Below, piece by piece: positions 10,921-20,000 of a DNA stretch of 20,000 nt. Location of the stretch: contig ML992508.1 in assembly GCA_010093995.1 (NCBI GenBank), positions 1,078,548-1,098,547 of the forward strand. The letters are read 5' to 3'. This DNA is from Elsinoe ampelina. Lineage: Eukaryota. The notes under the pieces were generated by a model. That model made no database searches, had not been told where the DNA came from, and saw nothing but the letters and a program-made list of their open reading frames with translations. The stretch's first letter is position 1, and every line of letters starts with the position of its first letter. A program made the position numbers and the translations under genes.

Positions 10921-12092
10921 ATAAGTGCTACTACTTAGCTAGGTATTAGTAGTATTACTACTAGTGCTAGAGTACTAGGTAGTCCGCTAGGTAGTAGAGG
11001 TAGAGGACGTAATTTTCCTTAGTCTAGAGATTTAACTAGTTCTAAAATAAAAGAGTAGAGTACTATAAGGGCTATTGCTAGACTAAATACTCTTAGTATA
11101 TTATCCCTTATATAGTCTAAAAAGTAGTCCTAACTTATTATAGTTAGGACTAAATAGGCTCTTACTTAGGAGCTTACTATAAGCATTTAGAACGACCTTA
11201 CTAGGCTTAGGGACCTTAGATACTATAACTATAACTCGCTATACTTAGTCTTTAAGTCCTTTACTATTTAGGCTTTTAGTGCTAGTAACCTAGATCTTTT
11301 AGTCTTAGCTTCTATCTAGGTAAAGAACCTAACTAAGACAATTAACTTAACTAGTTCTCTAACTTATATAGCTACCTTAATAGGAACTAGTGCTACTAGA
11401 AGGGTTATTTACTATAGTACTAACTACTATACTAAGTATTAGAGCTCTACTCTAAGTAATAATAATAGCCTTAGTAGAGCTAGTAAGTTTAAGTAGTATA
11501 TTATAGTCTCTAGCTAGTTCTATAGTACCTATACTAACTATACCTATAGTCTATAGTATAAGACTTACTCTCTTATCTAGTATACTCTAACCCTAAGGCC
11601 TCTAAAGGAAACTCTAAGTAGTTTAAGGCCTATTACCTAATCTATTCTATATAGCCTAATACATTTACTAACTAAGCTTTTAAGGTCTTTCTCTTTTAGT
11701 AGTACTTTGCCTTAAAGGTTCTTACTAAGGCCTACTTCTTCTTATAGTAGGCCTACTAATGTTATTAATAAGTCCTTAGTCTATCCTAACTTACGCTACT
11801 TTATTATAGTCTCTATAGACTTTATTAATCTAGTAAATCCTATATAGGCTAAGCTCTAGGCCCTATAGGTTATTATAGCTAGGTTTACTATAAGTATAGC
11901 TAAGATTATATCTAGTAAGAGAGCTAGCCTTCTAATTATTTACACCTTTACTATATAAGGTTTAGCTAGCGGTATAGGTTATATAAGAAATATATCTAGT
12001 TCTTCCCTAAGAAACGAAAGGTTAAAGGCTAACTCTAATACATTAATAGGTAGTAGATCTTATACTAGCTCTAAGAGCTTTAAGAGGATAAG
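10921..12092 (+). pseudogene. RIP-degenerate ORF of unknown identity, apparently interrupted by the LTR element
   Basis: Frame 1 from ATA(ATG?) at 10921 de-RIPs to plausible protein (MSATTQPGIGG...GGPPGGGGGGRNFPQ...) whose stops are TAG/TAA. It appears to resume in frame after the 3' LTR at ~19391. No recognisable domain. Confidence 0.35.
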
Positions 12093-12290
12093 TGTAAGAA
12101 CTAACGTAGTAAGTATACTACGCTAGCTTATCTTAGAGATACTATTCCCCGTAGGAGAATAAAATACTCTTCGCTTATATAATAGATAGAGTAGAGATTA
12201 GTTTTACGATAATTAAAAGTATACTAGTATAACACCTATTCTACTTCTATATACTTGTCTTTCTAGCTTTAATATTCTACCTTCGTTATA
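12093..12290 (+). repeat. 5' LTR (198 bp)
   Basis: Starts TGTAAG and ends TTATA (TTACA after reversing RIP). Aligns without gaps to 19188-19385 with 18 mismatches by manual count. Confidence 0.95.
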
Positions 12291-12293
12291 ATT

Positions 12294-12302
12294 CTAATCT
12301 CT
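12294..12302 (+). other. Candidate self-priming primer-binding site
   Basis: CTAATCTCT, 3 nt after the 5' LTR, is the exact reverse complement of AGAGATTAG inside the LTR (12193-12201; also 19288-19296). No TGG-type tRNA PBS is evident. Confidence 0.65.
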
Positions 12303-12336
12303 CTTATATTCTATCGAATAGAGCTATATAGATAAG

Positions 12337-15300
12337 ATAGTACCCCGTACTTAGCGCTAGCGAAACGACTAACTACCGCTAGAGTAGTACTAGTATAGAT
12401 AACTCCCTAATAGCTTAGCTATTAGCGAGACATTTACTAAATTAGCTATAACTCTAGAGATAACTTCTATTAAAGATCGCTAGGCTAGGGAAGGGCTAGC
12501 GCTAAGGCTACACCGCGCTAATATAGCTCCTATAGGAAGTATAGCTAACACAGGAAATAATACTATATATAAAGCGCTTTATACTTATATCGCTTAGCTC
12601 GAGAATATACTTAGTAGTCGCTCCCTAGTTATAGCGCTAGTACTACGTAGTTGTTTCGACGACGTATAACCCGACGATATTTGCCTAATAAACCTATAAA
12701 TTGCAAGAGAGTATATACTAAACTTACGCTACCCCGAGGCCTTAGAGTTTACTATTATAGTAAGAGTTAAGGAATTTATACGTATGTATAATAATGTCTT
12801 TAAGATAGTGCCGAATATCTACTTTAAAGAAGTTACTTAGTGCTATATAGCTACTAGCTACTTAAAAGGTTAGCTTAGCTATAATTAGGACTCGTATACT
12901 AAGAGCGCTAGCGTTATACCCTTATAGAGCCTAATATAGTTCTAGCTTTAGAACTAAGCCTAGAGTTCTAAAAACTATAGTAATAGCTACGTAGTAAAGT
13001 TCTTTACGTCGCGCTAGCGTAGAGAATAGTCGATTACTAATTTCTATATGTTCCTCGATAGTTACGAGTTCTATATTAAGATAGTACTACTTCTAGACGA
13101 CGTCTACTATATATAGCTTATCGCCTATACTACGCTAGAGCTACGCTCGGAAGTACTCTATTAGGGGAACCTATCCCTAATTAAGGTAGAACTTCTAGTA
13201 TATCTATCCTGTTTAGAGTAGAACCTACTAGGCTACTTTAACTCTATATAGGGGTAGTATAAGTATAACGCTAGAGAGAAGACTAATACTTTTGCTAAAA
13301 GACCTTACTATAACGAAGACTATAAGAGCTAAAAGGACTAGTAGAGTAGCGCTAATACTACCCCTATAGCTCCTCGACCTAGCGCTACTTACTCTTATAA
13401 TATCTATAAGAGCCTAGACTATTAGGCGCCGAACTGTCCCTAGAAGGACTCTTTAAAACGGATAGTGTCCTTACGTTTACTAATCCTAAGCGGCTCTAGC
13501 GTAATATAGAGTATATACCAAATTCGCGCCGATATTATAGTTAACCTACCTAAAGGCCCTATCGAAGAGGTAGCTCTAATAGATAGTAGCGCTAATAGTA
13601 ACTTTATTAGCTAGTATTTTACTATACGCTATTATATCGCTATCGACCCCCTAGTAGTATACTAAGTATATAGCTTAGATAAACACGAATTAACTACCTA
13701 CGGATATACTAAGTTAGCCTTTACTATTAAGAATAGTAAAGGAATAACGTAGGCGTCGCGCTAGTAGTTTAAAAGCGTTAATATAACTAGTTATAATCTT
13801 GTATTAGGCCTACTATAGCTATTGTCCTACGACTCTAAGATTTAGTAGAGCGCTAGTATATAGAGGCATTATACTAGTACTATATAGGTGTCGATTCTAG
13901 ATATACTCTCCTTCTCCTAGGAGCTAAATTAGCCTAACGCCTAGCTCTACCTAGTATATATATACTAGGACAAACCTAGCGTTCCGACTCTACTATACTA
14001 GCTTAATAACTACGTAGACGTTTTTAATAAGAGTATAGCAACAGCGCTACTAGGTAACGATTTTACTTACTCTATCGATATTAAAGAGAGGAAATATCTA
14101 CTCTAGGGACCTATCTACTCCCTCGGTAAGAAGGAGCTCTAGGTACTTTAAGAGTATATAGACGACAGCTTAGTAACGAGTCGACTCTAGTATAGCACTA
14201 GCTCTACGGAGTCTCCTATCCTATTCGTTCCTAAGAAGAATAGTTCGCTACGCCTATATATTAACTATTGTAGGCTAAATAATATTACTATTAAGAACTA
14301 TTACCCCTTACCCCTAATTACTAAGATACTTAATTATATTAAGAGCGTATGCTTATTTAGTAAGCTAGACCTTATAGATACCTACTATAGGGTATATATC
14401 TAGCGTAGTAATAAATAGAAGATAGTGTTCCGCTATTACTATAGCTACTTCGAATATACTATTATATCTTTTAGCCTTACTAACGCTCTAGCTACGTTCT
14501 AGACTTATATACATTAGTACTTAAGTAGCTTAGTAGACTACTACTATATTATATACCTAGACGATATTCTAATCTACGCCGGCGACAAGTAAGAGTATTA
14601 CTAGGCTATTAGGAGCGTACTAGACTACCTATGTAAGAATAGCCTCTATATAAAACTAAAGAAGTATATCTTTAAGGTAATATAGGTAGTATTTCTAAGC
14701 TATATTATTAGTAGTAATAGCGTCGTAATAGAGTAGCCCTAGGTATAAGCTATTACTAACTAGCCTACCCCTACTAGCCTTAAGGAGTTATAAACCTTTC
14801 TTAGATTTACTAATTTTTACTATCGATTTATTAAGAGCTTCTCCTACGTAGCGCTACTACTAACTATACTTATGTAAGAGTTAGTCTAAGAGAAGTAAGT
14901 AGGCCTATTTCTATAGAGTAACGACGTAGTATAGGCCTTCGATAGGCTTAAAGCTACCTTTACATAAGCGCCTATACTACACTACTTTTTATTAGGTAAG
15001 CCTCTCTAGCTCGAGACTAACGCTTTAGATTTTGTACTCTCTAGAGTAATCTTCTAGTAAAATAAAGGCGACACTCCTACGTAATACTAGTACCCTATAG
15101 CGTTCTAGTTCTAGAAGCTATAAGATATAGAACTAAACTACACTACCTACGATAAAGAGCTTCTCGCTATTATAGAAGTAGCGTAGTACTAGCGCTAGTA
15201 CCTACTTAGCGCTACTACTCTAATTAAAGTCCTCTCTAACTATAATAACCTTAGGTACTTCCTAACTACTAAGAAGCTTTTATAGCGCTAGGCCCGCTAC

Positions 15301-17466
15301 GCTAAGGTACTAGCGTAGTTCGATATTATTATTTAGTACTATAGTAGGAAGACTAACCTAGCTAATAGCCTATTACGTAGGCCTAACTACTATAAGTATA
15401 AAGAAGATATATAGGAAGAGCGCTATATATTAGTCCCTCTCTTAGAGTAAGCGTTATAAATACGAAGTAAAGGAGTTATACCTATATCTATTATAGATAA
15501 GAAACCTAAGGCTAGGAGGGCCTAGAAAGATAGTAATAAAGCTAGTATAGCTTATATACCTTAAACTACTCCTTAACGTAACGCGCTTATATAATTCTAG
15601 TATACTTCTAGAATAGCGCCTATAAGTCTACCTATTACCTTAGAAGCGCTATAGCTATACTAAAAAGAGTTAGAGTCTCTAGAGTAAGAAGAGTAGCGCC
15701 TAAAGGACACTTACGTAGACTCTCCTCTAAGCCTAACTAGTAACGTCGAATCGGAATAATATACGCCCGCTCTAGTATCCTAGGACGTTCTACTACTCGT
15801 ATAAGAGACGCTAGAGAGCTAAGGGCAAGAAGAAAGCGTAACGCCTACGTAACTCTAGGATACTCTTAGTAGAGAGCCTACTATAATTTTAGACTAGAGT
15901 TAGTAGATTATATATCTCTACGCTACGTAAGTACTAGTAAATAAGACTATATATACTTCTTCTACTCCTACGTTACTCTAGGACCTTATCTACGTAGTAT
16001 AGTAAAGGGACACCTTTACTTATAGTAAGGAATAGAAACTTCTAAAAGAGAAGACCTTAACTAGTAATAGTACTACCCTAGAGTAGAGCCTATCTAGTAA
16101 TAGCTTACTCCGTAACAGGAGTAGAGTATATATCCTAGAAGAAGCTACCTTAAGAGTAGAGCTTATATAGTATAACTATAACAACCCCTTAGAAGGTTAC
16201 TTTAGCTATATAAAGACCTACCTTAATATAAGGAGGAAGTACTAGTAGCTAGGTATATCCGTTGCTATAAAAGCGTATATTAAGCGCTACGATAGCTACT
16301 AAAGGTATAAGGTAATATAGTATAAGCCTTATAGTCTCCTATAACCCTTACTAATTCCGCCTATACTTAAGGCCTTATAATACTAGTCGCTTAATTTTAT
16401 TACTAGCTTACCCCTAGTAGAGCTCTAGCCTAGCGTCGTTATAGACGTAATTATCGTATATATCTATCGCTTATCTAAGTTTAGTATCTATACGCCGACG
16501 TTAACTAAGCTTAATACTAGGGACTTTACTAATCTATTTAAAATAGACATTATAACGTTATTCGGAACGCTAAAGACGCTAGTCTTAGATAGAGAGTCTA
16601 TCTTTATAAGCAAATTCTAGAGTACGCTATACTAGCGCTAGAAGGCGTAATATAAGCTTAGTACTAGTTTCTACCTATAGATAGACAGCTAAACTAAAAG
16701 GTAAAACTAGACGCTAGAGTAGTACCTACGCTACTTTATCGACTATTACTAGACGGACTAGCTATACTAGGTTAAGTAGGCGTAATTCGTGCATAATAAT
16801 ACGTATTAAGCGTTACTATACGCTACGCTAGCGTAGTTCTTATTTACGTAGGAGATACGCCTATCTAATAATATTAAGGCGCTAGCGCCGCCTAGCTATA
16901 CGCTAGCGTATAACTCGTTAGTTGACAACTAAGTATAATCTATTACTAAAACGTATATAGAGCTCGCCTAACACCTACGTAAAGTATAGAAAGACTAAGC
17001 GCTAGCCTATAATAGAGGTTAATAAGTAAAAGTCTTCTATAATAGCGACAAGGTTATACTTAGTACTAAGAACCTTCGTAGCGCTAGACCTAGCTATAAG
17101 CTATTAGCTAAGTATATTAGCCCGTTTATAATTGTATAACGAATTAGTACGTAGGCGTATAAGCTATACTTACTAGATAAAATAAAGCTAATCTATAACG
17201 TCTTTAACGTTGCGCTACTAGAGCTATATAGGCGTAGTAAGGGCATACGCCTACCGCCCCTAGAGGTAGAAGGGTAGGAAGAATACATTATTAAACGCAT
17301 CCTTAGTAAGAGCTATACTAGCACCCTAAAGGCGCTATACTACCTAGTAAAGTAGTAGGGTTACCCTATAGAAGAAAGTATATAAGAGCTAGTAAAAAAC
17401 CTTATAAACGCTAAGGAATTACTATATAAATATAAGGTAGCTTAGCATAAGTATAGCGCTAGCTAA
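12337..17466 (+). pseudogene. RIP-inactivated gag-pol polyprotein in one continuous frame (~1710 codons)
   Basis: De-RIPed frame-1 motifs: zinc knuckle CNICKSPDHWAPNC (13396-13437); protease ALIDSGANSNFIS (~13573-13611) and DLVLGLPWL; RT LFVPKKDGSLRLC, YPLP, MPFGLTNAPATFQ and an intact YLDD (14554-14565); RNase H LETDASD, YDKELLAI, ADGLSRRPD (~15010-15390); integrase HHCC (~16177-16299), SLDFITGLP, VSDRG, FHPQTDGQTERQNQTLEQYLR, GPF (~17119); chromodomain EYIIERIL...YLVKWQGYPIEESTWEPVENL (17281-17403). End position is approximate. Confidence 0.93.
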
Positions 17467-17658
17467 ATACTCTAGATATACTTAGGATTAATAAGTTAAA
17501 GGTATAAAATTTAAAGTAAAGAGTACCTAGGCGTAGCGCTAGGTTAGCTTAGAGTATTATTAGCTTACGTAGAGAGAACACTAGCGTAGTAAAAACTATA
17601 GAATTATACCGAAGTAAAGGGGGCGTAGCGTAGGCGTAGCGCCCTAGCTCTCCCTACC

Positions 17659-18529
17659 TTAACTATCTATATTATCTACCTTAGTCTTATCCTTATTATT
17701 CTCCTTAACACCGTTAATATGCCTAGTTAGCGCCCTCGTAGCATTATTAAGCGCCTACGTAGTAGCGGCTTACTTATTCTTAGTAACTACCTATAGAAAA
17801 GTTAGTATAGCTTAGGCGTTATAGAGGCGTACTTCTAGACTTATAACATTAGCTAAAGCCTTAAGTATAAAGTTAGTATTACTAATTATACCTAGGCGTA
17901 GCGCCTTTACTAGCTTCTTAGTATCGACTTTAGAGGTAGTAGGCGTAGCGATAGTACTATTATAGTGTAAAGAGGTCGTACTATTATTATTACTCTTATT
18001 AACTACCTTACCTTTACTCTTAGCGTTAGACTTACTCTATATATACTTAGCGCTAGCCTTCTTATATATATAGTTAGTATAGGTAGTAATCTAGCGCTTT
18101 AGAAGAATAATGTTCTTCTTAGGAGTAGTAGTATCGTTATAGAGTAGTATATATATAGTAAAGTATTTGTCCTAGAGCTTCTTAGTAGTAACTTAATCCT
18201 TAGAGTTAAGCTTAGTAGGCTACTAAGGTTAGTATAAAGTAGGTATAGCGTAGGTATAGAGTATACCTAGTAGTAGTGTTTATTACTATAACTATAATAA
18301 TTATAGTAGGTAGCCTTAGCCTTAGTAATCTAGTAGAGAGAATCCTTAATAGAGAGTACACTATCTTCGAGCTAGAGGTACTTATCGATAGTAATAGTGT
18401 AGTATAAGTATAGTATAGAGTACTAGTTCTAGTTAGTAAAATCGCTCTTATAAGGTCTATAAAAGGTTAGCGCTAGCGTAGTATAAGTGCTATATATAAT
18501 ACTTACTCCTTAGGAATTTTAGAGGCTAT
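17659..18529 (-). pseudogene. Spliced antisense accessory gene inside the retrotransposon (4 exons, ~239 aa), divergent Zn2Cys6-like Cys cluster plus acidic tail, RIP-inactivated
   Basis: Exons 18529-18507, 18456-18267, 18219-17845, 17790-17659. Introns 18506-18457 (gtaagt..gctaac..tag), 18266-18220 (gtatac..actaac..tag) and 17844-17791 (ataagt, RIPed gtaagt..actaac..tag) are 47-54 nt long and phase-compatible (2,0,0). Confidence 0.72.
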
Positions 18530-19171
18530 AGTTATTAAAGTACGTAAGTATATAGGAGGTAAGCTAGTATAGAGCTAGAATAATAAAGGGAAAAAAAATT
18601 ACTACGTAGGTACTATACTAGGTTAGTAAATAAATAACTAAATAGATAAGCTCGATAGCTAGATCTATAGTAGCGTAGGCTTAGTATATATACTAAGCCT
18701 CTCCTACTAGCCCTTAGGCTAGTAAGACCTAGTCTATACTATATAGTACCTAAAATAGGTTACTAGTATAGTATTAGACCTACGTAAGTATAGAGCTAGT
18801 ATTAAGTAGAATACTTACGCGAAGGAAGTATTATAAAGGAGAAAAGAAGAAGAGAAGGAGAAGAGAAGGATATATATCTAGCTCTAAGCTAAGACTAATC
18901 TAGAGAATAATAGGTAGTAGTATATAATAATAGGTAGATCCTTATATATAAAGATAATAACGTAAGAGCGCTATATTCTATATATAAAGAATCTGTGCTA
19001 TTGCTACTATATCTAGTATATAAAGAATAATACTAGCTAGTATAAGCGCGCCATACGTGCGGAGAGTACGCTACACCTAAGGGGCGCTAGCGAGATACTC
19101 TTTTCTAGTTTTCTCCTATACTAGGTTTTCTAAGTTTTATTAAGGCTTATAGGCGCAAGGGCGTGCCCCCT

Positions 19172-19183
19172 AAAGGGGGAGAA
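19172..19183 (+). other. Polypurine tract (plus-strand primer)
   Basis: AAAGGGGGAGAA ending 4 nt before the 3' LTR. It overlaps a small CCCCC-TAAA-GGGGG inverted repeat (19166-19179). Confidence 0.85.
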
Positions 19184-19187
19184 TAAT

Positions 19188-19385
19188 TATAAGAACTAAC
19201 GTAGTAAGTACGCTATACTAGCTTATCTTAGAGATACTATTCCCTATAGGAGAATAAAATACTCTTCGCTTATATAATAGATAGAGTAGAGATTAGTCTT
19301 ATAATAATCGAGAGTATACTAGTATAATACCTATTCTACTTCTATATACTTGTCTTCCTAGCTCTAATATTCTACCTTCGTTACT
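19188..19385 (+). repeat. 3' LTR (198 bp)
   Basis: Starts TATAAG (RIPed TGTAAG) and ends TTACT. Direct repeat of 12093-12290. Confidence 0.95.
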
Positions 19386-20000
19386 CTAAGGAAGTAATTA
19401 GTAGAGTATAATAAGTAGTTAGTAGTATAGAATAGTAGTTAGTATTAAGTAGTAGATGTAGCTTAGGTATAAGTAGCTAGTAATAGAGTTATAATAGCTT
19501 TTCCTTTTTCTCTTTTTAATAATAAAGTAATAGACATTACTTTAGGCTTCTAATAAATAAGATAGCTTAATAAGTAGTAGTAGCATAAATAACATACTTA
19601 AAATAATAATATATATAAAATTTAAATAAGTATATAGTATAGATATACACTAAGTAATTAGCCTTTACTAATTAATTAAGAATCTTGTTAGGAGACTTAG
19701 GCTTTATAAGTGCATTAGCTAATTACTAAGTTATATTAATATACTTAAGCTTAATTACTCTAAGTTTATACTACTCTCTATAGTAATAATTCCTTAAATT
19801 AATATACTTAGATCTCCTTAAATTAGTATAATCTCTTATAAGTTTAATAGCTAACTTATTATTAATAAAGACTATAGTTAGGCTAAGGTAAATATTAGCA
19901 AGTAGCCTAAGTTTAATAATAAGGTTTCTTAACTAATTAATCTCTCTATAGGTCTTAGTAAGGGCAAGGTATTTAGCCTTAGTACTTAATAATATAATAA

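Larger units (their letters stand above)
12093..19385 (+). mobile_element. Full-length Ty3/Gypsy LTR retrotransposon, chromovirus type, inactivated by RIP (7293 bp)
   Basis: Paired 198-bp LTRs, domain order gag-PR-RT-RH-IN-chromodomain, PPT before the 3' LTR, imperfect candidate TSD ataag (12088-12092) / ctaag (19386-19390). Confidence 0.96.
10510..20000. repeat. AT-rich RIP-mutated repeat block (continues past the window end)
   Basis: Abrupt shift to TpA-saturated, CpA/TpG-depleted sequence with TAG/TAA in all frames and no ORF-track entries. Recognisable TE motifs differ from consensus by C>T/G>A changes. Left boundary is approximate (10490-10560). Confidence 0.95.

Noticed and set aside
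13452..13458. TTTAAAA slippery-like heptamer right after the gag zinc knuckle
   Set aside because: The protease and all of pol are in the same frame as gag, so a -1 shift would leave the pol frame. The motif may also be RIP-generated.
17467..19171. env-like third ORF on the sense strand
   Set aside because: No coherent sense-strand frame or TM pattern. The coding and splice signals are on the antisense strand.
10510..20000. Recurring TAG/CTA/TAGTAG words resembling tandem arrays, CRISPR repeats or an alternative genetic code
   Set aside because: No fixed repeat-spacer period. The words and in-frame TAG/TAA at conserved Trp/Gln positions are the expected products of RIP C>T/G>A mutation, and neighbouring genes use TAG/TAA as normal stops.

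Overview
Filamentous-ascomycete genomic DNA (probably Dothideomycete; inferred) with two sharply different halves. Bases 1 to ~10500 are gene-dense with short GT-AG introns: last exon of a Gtr2/RagC-like GTPase, a cytochrome b5-like heme/steroid-binding (MAPR) protein, RPS25, an uncharacterised 4-TM protein, a head-to-head pair MAS1 (MPP beta) and SDH4 (SdhD), and the class II cAMP phosphodiesterase PDE1. From ~10510 to the end the DNA is AT-rich and heavily RIP-mutated (CpA/TpG converted to TpA), which is why the ORF track is empty there. Reading through the RIP damage by hand gives a complete 7.3 kb Ty3/Gypsy chromovirus (12093-19385) with 198-bp LTRs, a candidate self-priming PBS, one continuous gag-pol frame ending in a chromodomain, and a PPT. 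It appears nested in an older, more degraded ORF-bearing sequence. The most notable observation is a 4-exon, 3-intron antisense gene between pol and the 3' LTR (18529->17659) that, once RIP is reversed, encodes a ~239-aa protein with a divergent Zn2Cys6-like cysteine pattern, a Lys-rich middle and an acidic tail. All de-RIPed residues are manual inferences, not database results.
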